A stretch of 56,994 nt of DNA, filler included, from Platydemus manokwari (Eukaryota), in assembly GCA_037951405.1 (NCBI GenBank). It is 4 parts of 4 records of this genome, joined end to end, with 100 filler letters (N's around TTAATTAATTAA, not from the genome) between each part and the next. Parts side by side here need not be neighbours in the genome. Positions count along the whole stretch, not along the records: positions 9,614 to 27,952 come from JBBMOY010444444.1; 3 more parts are not named here. One strand, written 5' to 3'. A program made the position numbers and the translations under genes. How positions within the stretch are numbered: the stretch's first letter is position 1; each line of letters opens with the position of its first letter. Shown here one piece after another: positions 14,190-25,811 of the stretch. The notes under the pieces are model-generated. The model had not been told where the DNA came from. It searched no databases and worked only from the letters and a program-made list of their open reading frames with translations.

Positions 14190-15780
14190 ATTTATTTAAA
14201 GAAACTTATCATTTAGCGCATAGACTTCCAATTACAGAAGAAATTTCACCTCAAATTCCTTGTTCACACATTTCACACATTATTTGATCCATAAATAGTT
14301 CGATACTTGAAAGTTTTAAACCAGATTCACAAGTTAAAAAAGATGAGGAAACATAATGAGTAGAATCGTGATTTCTTCGTCAAATATATTTATTTCTGAA
14401 ATTTTCTATTGCATCTATTAACATATTTGCATCTTGCATCACGTTTTACAACCAAATTTATTCTTGGATATTCTTTATTTTTTATTTCACTTTGATAGCC
14501 ACTACTATTCTAAAACTCACACATTAAAAACGAACTGAAAAGTCAAGACACCACAAATCTAATATTTAAACAAATAAATTTAATTTTATTAAATCTGATT
14601 TTATATCAAATCAGAATTAAATTAGAATTACATGTTTAATTAATATAAAATTCAATTCATTGAAAATATTTCACACCCCTTTCTTAATAATCTTTGATTT
14701 TGTTAATTGTCTCTGTATCGAGTACTCTACATATTTCAGTATATGAAAACTCTAACTCTTCTAACTTTTAATATCTTATTTTACATCTCCATTTTATCTA
14801 CTTTTATATCTTCGTTTATTTCTTCATTTATATCTTCTTTTATAACTCATTTTTATCTCTCAAACAACTTTTTAAATCTTCCTCGTATCTTCGTTTTATG
14901 TTCTCAATATGGTCTTAGTATTTCCGCCTTCTTCACTATTGTATTCAGTCGTTAATCTTTTAAAAATCGAATCTAGATGCGTGGTCGCCATGTTAGCCAC
15001 TACGATTTTAAAAACCACACATTAAAAACCAACCGAAAAGTCAGAATTAAATTAGAATTAAAATTTTAATTCATTTAAAATATTTCACACACTTAATTTT
15101 AATTTATAATAGTAGCATTCAGTTGGTGGTAACTGAGACCCATTTAATGTTTCAAATGAAGTTATACAATCAATAGAAGATTTAACTTATAAAAAGTTTT
15201 GCGTTTTGACATATATTTGTATATTTATTAGATAGACTAATTGTCGAGAGGATTACTTTGATTTTACATTTTATTACCCTAATCGAATCATGTTTTAAAT
15301 TAGAATATAAGCCTCAAAACCCAACACAACCTCTACCTCTTAATTTTAATAAATCACTATCTAATTTCAAAGGAAAATCACTAATTGCGTCTAATAAATG
15401 ATTTTCATCAATTTGTTTTTCAATATTTTATGTTTGATTCGAAAATAAATTAATTGGTGTGTGAATTCTTCTAAACCATTTTTGATGTTTTGTAAAATAA
15501 CCTCAACAATTATTTTAAATTTAATTTTAGAATCATTATTTAAGATTTCTTAAATTTAATTAGATACTTCCTTAATGTAATGAATTTTTGGTTTTTTGAG
15601 ATCTTTTATTTAATTTTAGAATTTTATAAGTACCTCCCATATTACAACTATCTGTATTATTATTATTATCAAAAGAAGCATTATATTTGGCTTTGTGTGC
15701 TTTTTTCTTGTGCTTTAAAAGCTTGAATGGTTTTACAGGTTATGTCACAAATTCACTATTTCTGAATTTTTTAGGATATT
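14190..15780 (-). pseudogene. Maverick/Polinton (adintovirus-type) protein-primed DNA polymerase B relic, interrupted by a TRIM
   Basis: One frame at 14221-14439 reads QDANMLIDAIENFRNKYI*RRNHDSTHYVSSSFLTCESGLKLSSIELFMDQIMCEMCEQGI*GEISSV, matching the Polinton pPolB pattern DV.LLADVFENFR..Y.LDP.HY.S...L..D..LK...EL...D..M....E.GIRGGIS. On the other side of the TRIM: TSFETLNGSQLPPTECYY (15095-15170). Region 15600-15760 (QAFKAQEKS...MGGTYKILKLNKRSQKT) is homologous to 31130-31500. Confidence 0.75.
14493..15089 (-). mobile_element. Complete TRIM (terminal-repeat retrotransposon in miniature)
   Basis: Two related TG..CA LTRs (14493-14675 and an internally deleted 14991-15089); exact 5-bp TSD CACTT (14488-14492, 15090-15094); minus-strand PBS TGGCGACCACG immediately after the 5' LTR (14980-14990); PPT AAGAAAGGGG (14676-14685) abutting the 3' LTR; non-coding ~315-bp interior. 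Confidence 0.9.
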
Positions 15781-17449
15781 ATATTCATAGAGTTTAATCA
15801 TAAGACTGAAAAGATTCTATTTATTTATGAAAATTGAACATTAATTTAGAAATTATTATGAATGGATAGAAGTAATTAACACCATTCTCGCTCATAAACT
15901 CGCTCACTCTTACTTGCTCACTTATGAGAGTCAATTCACCAGAGATTGATGTTAACTACTGCTGATGATCTCAACCTTTTTTTAATACATGGATCTTCTT
16001 TTGATATGGATAACTTTTGCAAAGTTATCGCTTGCAACTCTGTTTTCAATTTTTTGCTTTATATTTGCTAAATTTGCTGTTTAGGCATATCTGTGCTGTT
16101 ACAATTCTCAGTATCTATTTATGTTATGCTTTTTTACTTCGTGGTTTTAGCTTATTTCGGAATCGCTAATCAAATTATATGCTGAAATGAATAATTATAC
16201 AACAATCTTAGATTACTGCATTTTGTATCAGTTTTGTTAAGTGTTGTTCTTTATTAATTTTGATAGTTTTTAATCTCCTTTCATTACAATCTTATATAGG
16301 TATTCTATGTTCAGTAGTTCTAGTGCTGTTACTAGATTGAGTTATATTTGAAGAATTAGAAATAAACGCAGAGAAATTAACTTAGTCGATAAGCTATTAT
16401 AGATGTCCAGTGACTGTAAGAATAACATTCTCTGTTTCTATGTCGATACTCAGTAATAATGTGGGTAAAATGGTGAACTATCTATCGTTATGATAAATAT
16501 TGACAATTTGATGTTCTGATTATATTGCCAGAAATATTGAATGTTTGAAAGAAGTTGTTGGTATTTTATAATGTTCAGTGTGTTCCTAGGTTAAAAATGT
16601 TTATCATTTTAATCAATATCACTTAACGATTTCAGATCATTGATCATTTCTTAATAACCTATTGAGAGATCAACTGTACCGAGATAAACAGCTGAAATTC
16701 ACGAATCATATTTTAATTATAAAATCCAGTGATGTCATCACATGACAATATTTTAATGTCATTTCTTTGTGAAATATTTGAATTTATCAGAAATTATTAA
16801 TTCATTGATGGTTTTCGATGTTAATAATTTCATTTTCAATCATTCACATTCTTTTAGATAATTGTTTATCAAATTTTTTTAATTCTCGCACAATGCATTG
16901 ATTGTGACCAGTTGATGTCAATGCAGATTTCATTCAAAATTGGTTAACAATAAATATATTGAAGAAAATATATGATATTACTTATAACATCGGAACATAT
17001 TATCTAATGTTATGAATTCCCAAATCATTACAGCACAAATACCTCATCTACTTCGATGAATCCATTTTTAATTTTTAAATTTCTGCTTGTTCACTTTTCA
17101 TTGCCATCAATTAAACCAGCATTTGTGAAATCCAAAAATAAATGTTAATTTTTCAGATAGACAAAGCTAAGAACTAAAATTAAATTAAATCGGATATTCA
17201 TTGTATTGGTCGACTGCTGAAGACATTTGTTTCTTGTAAAAATTATTCATTATTAAGCTTTGGTATTTGTTATATATGCAGCGTTGAACTGTATTTTGTT
17301 TGATATCTTTGAAATTAAAATCGAGACCATATAAAATCAATAAAGTGAAAATAAAGTCCAAATTGGTCATGATGATATAGAAATTGTCATAAAGCTGTCA
17401 CACTCTTGACTCTTTCAATAATATTTGTATTAAGTTACTGTTATTATAA

Positions 17450-18060
17450 ATATGCTACTTTCAATGGTTCCATATAAGCAATATCCTTATTAGATTTAAG
17501 AAGCACATTCAAAGTTTTGAAACGTCACTTCTAATTATTAATAGAAATATTAATTTTGACAATTAAAATCAAATATAAAAATAATTTCATAAATAATCAC
17601 CCAAGGAAAATATTGATAATTTTAAATTGTTCAAATATATACGACGATATCTGGATCTTCAATGATATTTCAATGCTAAGATATTTCTTCATTGGCAAGG
17701 AATCTACAAATTTTGTTGTATCTCAATAAATAATTTTAAATTGTTGGCTTTATTTTTATAAAAATTGCCAATATTTGTTGCTTATTAGTTTACAAATGGA
17801 TTTGTAAACATAAGATATTTTTAAATATAACTTCTTTCTGTGAACCCGTGCACCAAAATACTTTATCCAGAATGTCGAAAAAGGACAAGGCGGAATTGTT
17901 GAGCCAAGTCTCTATTTCAATTCCGAAACTTATATATTTGTGGCACTTTCAAATCTTCATTTCATTACAACATCGACAAATTTGGGATCTATGTATCCAA
18001 TCTATTAGATAGATATTAATATACTTATTTTGAGAGAAAGCACAAGTATCTTCTTCCTGG
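17450..18060 (-). mobile_element. Degenerate Merlin/ISXO2-like DDE transposase relic
   Basis: Frameshifted remnants ICRCCNEMKI*KCHKYISF..TWLNNSALSFFDILDKVFW (Zn-ribbon and 'TWF..S.L...IL' like), IIEDPDIVVYI (IGGPG.IVEID-like) and IRSD (IISD-like), in the expected order. Confidence 0.4.
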
Positions 18061-19009
18061 CACTTCTCAATCATTTAGAAGTCACATTTTTATAAAATAA
18101 CTCTAAAAATCTTCGATGTCATTCCAATTGCTTCTAATTTTCAAAGAAGGGGTCCTCGCTAATTTTCAATTAATTTTATTTTGACCTACTTTGACCCGTT
18201 TTAAACATAATTAATTTTTAGGAGATTTTAAAAATCCTGTGCATGTATTATTTGATTCTGAATAACTAAGATTTCACTCAAGTACTTGAATAAAAATTCA
18301 AAATGTTATTAAAGAATTAAAATTAAATAATCTATATAGATTTTCGCACCGCACTTCAAAATTTTAAAGTTTTATTTTAGAACCTTATTTTTTAACTTTA
18401 GCCAATAAGATTAATGAGAATAATCATTATGCTTGAATAAACAAATGATTATTAAATCTTTAGAGATAAATTTAAGTAAATTTTAAAATGCAAAGAATGA
18501 TGAATAAATAAATAAATAACAGGCACTTTTAAATCAATTAATATTTTAATTCATAAATAAATAAAACTAAAATCAATATTTTATTGAAATAGATAAACAT
18601 ATTGAGACATAATCATTAAAAGTTTAAATATTCATGGAATTTACATTTTCCATTTCATTTTCATAAAAGTTTTGTTTAAATTGACCAATAATTGAAATTC
18701 TTGAGCCGCTCATTTTCATTTCCCAACATCAAAGATCTCTATGCATATTTTCATTTTATTGAAATATTTCGATAAAATGTTTTTGTCACAGCTTACAATA
18801 GTGCCAGCATTTGTACAAAATAACGCACATTGATTTAGAAAAAAGATAAAAGCACGTTATATTAAATCAATAAATGGAAGTGAATATGAAAATCATAGGC
18901 TTTCGTATTTTATTGGTCTACTGCTACAGATACTTTTATTTCATGACCCATATTTATTATGTAACGCTGTGATGTTGTAATAGTTATAATACTAACAGTA
19001 ATAATACTG

Positions 19010-19328
19010 ATGAAGTGTTGCTTTGTATTTTTCTTTATAACATACGTTTTGTTACAAAAAGGTGATTTGTAATTATGATTAAGTTTTTATAGATATTATT
19101 TCAACAAATCGATCAACATTGAAAATATGGTTAAAAGATTTAGATCTACTTTAGATAAAGCAGTGGATAAAAATCGTGATGAAAACATGCTTAAGAAGAT
19201 TCTAATAACAATAATAAAATTTTCAATCCATTCGTTATAATTCAGATTCTTGTTATCATAGCTTAAATCGCAATTCCATTAAATGGTAGATGGCAGTCCT
19301 TGACGTAGTATCAGTTGTTACGAAAGTT
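19010..19328 (+). pseudogene. Truncated pseudogene paralogue of the F-type lectin gene at 10084
   Basis: Same start MKCC, same first intron position, KAVDKNRD and CYHSLN motifs; second W of WW mutated to TAG (19287-19289); homology stops abruptly at about 19328. Confidence 0.8.
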
Positions 19329-20339
19329 GAGTACACTGAACCCTCCGTATTTAAATGCTGGTGCGGCTTGGTGGTCAAAGGTTCACAAGAATTGTAGTAT
19401 GATGCGATACAACAGTCTTGACTGTAAATTTTATTTGAATTAGATGTGTCTGAAAATTGTTATGATTGATGATTATGTGACTTACGATTTTAATGATAAA
19501 AAGAAAATAGATGTATGAAGAATTCTGCATAATTGTGTGATGCTTGTTCATGCGAAACGATAGACACCGTAATGTCGTAACGTCGTTTATTTTCTTACTT
19601 TTCTCAGTCTTCCTGATCAATTATGCTTATAAAAGCTAATTTTATTCCTGATAATATTTGGAAATTTGGAACATGTGATTGGAGTAAAAATCTCTAATTA
19701 GAATATCGAGTATAAAAAAGGTACTTAATATTATTTGCCACCAATGCAATGCGGAAGTAGACACAGCTGCACATGTTCGTACCATTACTCAACTTTTCTC
19801 CACACAACTACTCATAAGTATAATATATTATTGGATTTACTAGGGGCTTTTCTGCGAAAACCTGTGTTCACTGTTGATGTTGCCATCATCTCTGTCGAAG
19901 TGGACACAATACTTCTTCCAGAATTGTTTATCAGAGACAACAAGAGGAGAATAATTTTTCCAATACATATGAAAATGTCGAACAATGCTGAAGTCAATAG
20001 AGTGAAATATGATGAGGTAGGAGCTTTATTCATGTAATCAAATTATAACCGAAATTTACGAAAACTTAGGCTAACCACCAAGTCTTTATCGGAAGTATCC
20101 AATCCGCTAGCCATCTCAGTAGTTATATAGTATTTGCTTATACATATGACAATACTAGTAGACCATTTGACTCGTTTATAATGCCTGGATCTTCGGAAAT
20201 GAACGGAAATGGGAAGGTATTCATTAACTGTCTCATTTACTTGTAAATAGTCTTTTCTTAATGTTTTCTAAACAAATATTCGATTATTTTCCACAATTTT
20301 TTAAAAAAAATTGAGAGATTACTGCACAGTTTTGAGGAA

Positions 20340-21026
20340 GACCATTTTTATGCGCTGTGATTTTCTGTGCCTCTATTTCGAAGTAGAATTCGGACATTTT
20401 CGGATTCTTCTCTAAATTCTTTTTCGCTTCCGTAGTTAGTATCAATGCCAATATACACAATGGCATCCAAAACCATTTGTGTATCTTCACTCCTTTTCCG
20501 GTAGTTACTGTTTCTACTGTTCTTGTCCTGGAACGTAGCGCATGTTGGCTCGGTTCTACTTCTGTTACTCGCTTACATCTATTTGCATGGACTATCAATG
20601 GTTCAGCCGGTCCTTTTCTTTTTAATTGTAAATTAGTAGGCGTCACTTTCTCCGCAGTGTACGAGCCTTTCTCCCCTCTATTGTCCTTGTATTTTAATAC
20701 TTCATTCTTTATTACATAATTTGTTCCATGGGTTCTCCAGTGAACTTTTAGTTCGGGGGAACCTCTTCTCCTTCTACACACTTTATCAGCTGTTTAATTT
20801 TCTCATCTTCTAATTGTCTTGCCTTAAATGCTATCTCTACGGTGATTGCTTCTTCGGCATGCCCTACATTTTTTCTGGGTCTTCCCCCTTTCTTGTGTAG
20901 TACTGCGAACACACTATTTTCCACTGTCTTTGTCAAGGTTTTTCTTGTCTGTATTGACATTATGGCATCTTCTAATTCTTCTTTATTCTTCTTGAGGTAT
21001 TCTCGATAGAGCGTCTGCTTTAGCAT
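20340..21026 (-). pseudogene. Integrase remnants (catalytic core deleted) running in frame into a signal-peptide-like env start
   Basis: FKARQLEDEKIKQLI (pre-integrase linker), then KGSYTAEKVTPTNLQLKRKGPAEPLIVHANRCK (GPY/F-type C-terminal module), then HKWFWMPLCILALILTTEAK. No HHCC or DDE motif seen between them. Confidence 0.6.
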
Positions 21027-22190
21027 TTGCTCTTCCTGTTTTCTTTTCTTTTTCTATGGTTGCATAATTCTTTTCATGCTTCCTTAAACCTCTACTGGCG
21101 TAGCCTGTCGCATGATCCTTTTCTCCTTCTTCTTGCTTTGCTAGTACTGCTCTAATTGCATATCCACTAGCGTCTGTCATAAGCAACAATGGTTTATTCA
21201 TGTCTGGGTATCGTAATTCCGGTTAGGGTGCCTTTACTAAACATTCCTTCAATGTTTCAAACGCTTGTTGCTATTTCTGTTCCCATTTAAAGGGTTTCAT
21301 CATTTGAAGCTTTCCTACTTCTTGCTCAGAAATGATTTCATCCAACTTTTTTTTATGCTTTCTTAGCTTTCAGTTTTTCTCCTCTTAGCAGATCATATAG
21401 TGCGTCTGCTATTATAGCATAATTTTTAATAAATCTCCTGTAATATCCTGCTAATTCTAAAAATTGTCTTACTTCTTTAATATTTTTCGGCACTGGAAGC
21501 TTCTGTACTTTAGCTACATTGTTCGGATCTGGTTTGATTCCGTTTCTAGAGACAAAGTGTCCAACTTATGTCACTTCTGGTTTAGCCCAATCACATTTGG
21601 TAGGTTTAATCTTCAAGCCTGTCCACCTTAATCTTTTTAAGACACTCACCATGTCTTCGATATGCTTCTCCACTTCTTCTGAAAAGATTATTATATCATC
21701 TAGATATACCAGTGCATGGGATATATCCATTAACACAATGTTCATCATCCTTTGAAATGTAGCAGGTGCTCAGGTTAATCCAAACGGCATTTTAAGAAAT
21801 TCATGTAGTCCTTTGGCCGTTGTAAAAGCTGTAATTTCCCTGCTTTCTTCATCCATTTCCACTTGGTGATATCCTTTCTGCAGATCTATGACTGAGAATA
21901 TCACTGCTCTCTTTAACCTGTCAAACATCATGTCTACTACTGGTAACGGGAAGGTATCCTTTCTAGTCACTTTGTTGACCTTCCTATAATCTATACAAAA
22001 TCTTTGGATTCCATCTTTCTTCTTTACCAACAAAAAAGGTGATCCCCATGGTGATGAACTTTCTCTTATAGTTTCATTACTTAACATTTCCTGGACCTCT
22101 TTATCCACATCTCCTTCCAAGGCGTATGGCACTCAATATGGTCGCTGTCTGATGGCGTTGGATCTGTTAATATAATCTTGTGTTTCAGTA
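20983..22190 (-). pseudogene. Gypsy reverse transcriptase and RNase H (disrupted)
   Basis: IRQRPY*VPYAL, SSSPWGSPFLLVKKKDG, RFCIDYRKVN, IDLQKGYHQV, TAFTT, MPFGLT, YLDDIIIFS, TDASGYAIRAVL, YASRGL, ADALSR. Confidence 0.95.
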
Positions 22191-22197
22191 TAGTACA

Positions 22198-22396
22198 TGT
22201 TAGCCGCTACTATTTTAAAAACAACACACTAAAATAAAACAATAAAAGTCAAGACACAATCAATCTATTTTAAAAACAAATATTTCTAATTTTACATTAA
22301 TTTAATTTTTTATAAAATTAAATTAAATTTGAATAAAATTTGAATAAAATGTGAATTGAAATTGTTTTTAATTAAATTTATATAAAATATCTCACA
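22198..22396 (-). mobile_element. Solo LTR of the TRIM family inserted in the Gypsy pol
   Basis: TGTTAGCC...TCTCACA, similar to 14493-14675; flanks GTACA/GTACT (4/5 TSD); removing it restores DLVKST-ILKHKII. Confidence 0.88.
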
Positions 22397-23103
22397 GTAC
22401 TTTTAACTAAATCATACTCGTTTTTAGCGAACACATCGTGATACTTCTTAAATTCATAAAGTAAATTTTTCTTCAAGTTTTCATTCAGTCTTCTCGTTCT
22501 CTCTTCAAAATTAGCTATTCGAATGGGTATTTTCCCGTTCTTAATTTGCAATACTTGATCCTGAACATTAAATTCCTTGGCCATTCGTTCGTTTAGTTCA
22601 AACAACATTAGTTCGGATCCTTTCATATCTGTCTGCACGAAGCATACTACTTCTGATTGCTCTGCTATTATCACTGTTTCTATTACGTAAGCTTCATCTT
22701 GTTTTCTTTTTCCTCGATTCCTTTTCATTGTGATTAAATTGCAAGTGGTTAAGTCAAATACTACTCCGTCCATTTGTGCTAAGATATCCATTCCAATTAA
22801 AACTTCGTAAGGACAATTTTCCATTACTCTCAATTCATGGGTGAACTTATATTCACCTTATTGTACTTTGCATATGATTTTGCCTTCAAATGCAATTTTC
22901 TCTCCTGTAACAGTTCTAGACAAGCCTACCCCCGTAAGTGGCTTTAATTCTTCCTTAGTTAACATTTCGTGTGAGATAATTGATACATCTGCTCCCGAAT
23001 CTATTAATGCTACCATCTCGTAGTCATTAACTTTTACTTTAATAAAGCTTTTACTGTGGTTTGATTCATGTACCATATTTATTCGGTTATCCGGTCTGCG
23101 CAA
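22397..23103 (-). pseudogene. Gypsy aspartic protease and PR-RT spacer
   Basis: FIKVKVNDYEMVALIDSGADVSII and CPYEVLIGMDIL retropepsin motifs; spacer ending KKYHDVFAKNEYDL. Confidence 0.9.
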
Positions 23104-24273
23104 CCCTGTTCTTATCTGCCAAGTTGGTTTTTGAATTTATCTTCAATGATTTCGTAATCGAACCATGCTCCATTAAATTTATTTCTAAATTAACTACCTT
23201 GTTTGTTGGTTCCTTGCTTGGCTTCTTGTACCATGCTCCATTAAATTTATAAAGCGGTGCCAACATACCGTTGCACTGCGTCGTTTTTGCTTTGACATTT
23301 TTATTCACCAGTATCCGAGATTTTGGTTCTAAATATCTATTTTCTCCATTATAGACAACAGGTAGTTCATTATTACATTCTAACTGTGTTCTTAATGAGA
23401 CCCTTATCTCATTGCATTTATAACTATATAATGCTTCGCCTATTATTCTAGCAAAAATTCCTTTCTCTGGTAACAGCATTGGTGCTACCAACGTTGGATT
23501 ATTAACTAATATCGAAAACCTATTTCTCAATATTTCCCTATTGAGTCTACAATCATTAAGAATCATGTCATAATAGACATCCTGGATTTTATTCTGAATT
23601 ATGTGATACAAATAATCCATCTTATTATTAACATGGATATCGTTCCTGATATCCGCTGTTCTGACCTTCTTGGCCTGATCAATTTCTGTTTTTGATACTA
23701 ATATTCCTGAGTTATTCATGTGGTAGATACTTCTCCTGCACATTATCGTCTTTTCTTTTCGAAAAAATCTCATGCCTTCTTTCTTGTTTACGCTAACCAA
23801 TGCTATTGGGGTTCCTTCTAGCTCCAATCCTCGTGTTGCCGTTCCTTCTTTCAAGGTGGCTTTCGAATCCCGTATTGAGTCCTTAATTATTTCTCCTTTT
23901 ATTTGGAAGAATTCAGCTGTGCTTATATACGCTAACTGACATTCCATTGGCCTTACCTCATATACTAAAGTTGCTTACAGTTTGGATAAGATAACATTGA
24001 TCCTGATTCTTCATCAAAAACTTCTTCTACTTCCCTTTATTCTGTTTCATAATCATGGATAGTAACTATGTTATTGACATAACATTTTCCTCTATTGACC
24101 GCTCGTCCAGTACATAGACCATCACCGTTAATTTCTCCTCCTTCAATTATGATTTGTGTGTTTATTACGCCTTTTTCTACTATGAGAGTCGTTTTCTCAT
24201 CAATTCTCAACTTCTTTGTGGTAAAGGCATCGTTGCACGCTGTTCGGAGAATCTCTATTGCTCTGGGTATCAT
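23087..24273 (-). pseudogene. Chuvirus-type (Jingchuvirales) glycoprotein fragment inside the retrotransposon
   Basis: GGEINGDGLCTG...NNIVTI; VNNKMDYLYHIIQNKIQDVYYDMILNDCRLNREILRN; GIFARIIGEALYSYKC.EIRVSLR..LECNNELPVVYNGENRYLEPKSRIL...QCNGMLAPLYKFNGAWY. The Cys/aromatic pattern matches chuvirus G and the G captured by mosquito Pao (Anakin) elements as I recall it. Lacks N-terminus and TM anchor. Confidence 0.8.
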
Positions 24274-24280
24274 TTCGGTA

Positions 24281-25266
24281 TCATCGACGCATTCTATTGG
24301 TATCTATTTCTGTCTTGAGTTCTTCGACCGTCTTGTCATATATCTGTTTTCTCCTTCTGATTCCGAGAGAAGATTCTTTTTCTATTATTGTTCCTTTTGG
24401 CCATTTAAATCTAATGGTTACCAAATCTTCACTGGGTTCCATCTCGGACCCTATTTTCTTTAATATCGTTACTGCTTCTGGCCAGCATTCTACATAATAC
24501 TGGATTCTATTCTTAATTATATCTAAGATATCTTCTACTTGATCCTTGGATACTCCCTCTAGAGCTATTTGCTTTAAATTCTTCTTAATTTGCTTCATTT
24601 TCTCTCCCTGTTCTGATACCATACCAATAGTTTCTCTAATTAACTCATTTTATTCTTCCGATTGGTCACCTGGTTCATCTGATAGCTCATCGTCCCATTC
24701 ACTTCGAATCAACTTTCATTGCTTTATCCCTCTTATCCTCAAAATCTTTAAATTCAAATACCGTTAATGGTACTCTAATTGCTTCGTTCATCCCGCACCA
24801 TAACCGGTCAGTGATTTCTTCTTTTACTTTTGCGGACCACAATTCCCGTGGCCCATATACTCCTTTCAGCGGTTCTTAACAATCGGTAAGCATATTCACC
24901 TACCGTTTCTTATTTATTCTGTCTTATCTGCATTAATTGTTGCTTGCGAAGTCTCGTGACGTCGCCTATTCTTAAACTGTTTCCTAATGCCGTCATCAAG
25001 TCTGCCCAATTTTTCATTTCTGGTACTTGATTATAGATGTTCCTAGTCACTCCTGTTACGTAGATGAGTAATCTGCGATACATGGTATCTGAATCATAAC
25101 CGTATGCTCTGGCCATTTCATAATACTCCGCCATGAAATCCGTAGATTCCAAGGGGTCTCGTGCATAAGTCTTTACAGGCAATTTTCCGCTGATCATCAT
25201 TCTTGATTGACACTCATGGTCATCGAAACCGTTTCTGCTTGGTGAAGAGTGGCTTTCGTCTCCCAT
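24281..25266 (-). pseudogene. Gypsy gag (capsid-like and downstream helical region), disrupted
   Basis: KLPVKTYARDPLESTDFMAEYYEMARAYGY...LLIYVTGVTRNIY...WADLMTALGNSL...QQLMQIRQ is a retrotransposon capsid pattern; located just downstream of the PBS and leader. Confidence 0.7.
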
Positions 25267-25645
25267 TCTTCTTAAGAATCCTGCTAAGTTTTCTATTTCT
25301 GGTGCTATCGAATATGGTATTTCTCTGTCCTTTCGTTGACTTTCTAAGTCAAGTTGTTTCTGTCTCGTTGTCCTTCTTGTTTGTCAACTATCTTCTGGCG
25401 CATTTCGTTTACCAGAAGACGCCAGTGTCTGTTTATTAATCCTCTTAGCTTGTTTCTCTTCAAACTAGGCCGTCTTGTTTTCTTCTGAGTTGCTTTTTCT
25501 CCTGGAAAGCCTCCTTTTCTATTCTCATAAGCTCCTTCTCTTAGAAGTAAGCATTTTTATCAAACGACTTTTCTCACTAAAAAGAAGCCCACCCTTTAAT
25601 TTCTCCTGTAGTGATTCGGGATCACAACAGTCTATGGGTAACCTT

Positions 25646-25755
25646 TGGAAAGATAACCTCTCTTCTGATTCTGGATTACCTCTCTCTTAGAAAGATAACC
25701 TTCTCTTCTGATTCTGTAGATTACCTTTCTCTTAGAAAGATAACTTTCTCTTCTT
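25646..25755. repeat. About 2.5 copies of a ~44-bp tandem repeat in the Gypsy 5' leader
   Basis: Unit GAAAGATAACCTCTCTTCTGATTCTG..GATTACCT.TCTCTTA repeated. Confidence 0.85.
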
Positions 25756-25793
25756 CTTCATCTTTTCTTTTTATTTCACCTTAGTGATTCCTG

Positions 25794-25811
25794 ATCACGT
25801 CGGGCTCACCA
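25794..25811 (-). promoter_or_regulatory. Primer-binding site complementary to tRNA-Trp
   Basis: Minus strand TGGTGAGCCCGACGTGAT, one mismatch from the classical tRNA-Trp PBS TGGTGACCCCGACGTGAT, 3 nt after an LTR-like ...AACA end. Confidence 0.9.

Noticed and set aside
14707-14955. 82-aa ORF inside the TRIM
   Set aside because: Antisense to the element, low complexity, non-ATG start.
20477-25690. Many plus-strand ORFs over the Gypsy element
   Set aside because: Antisense shadows of purine-rich gag/pol/G coding sequence.
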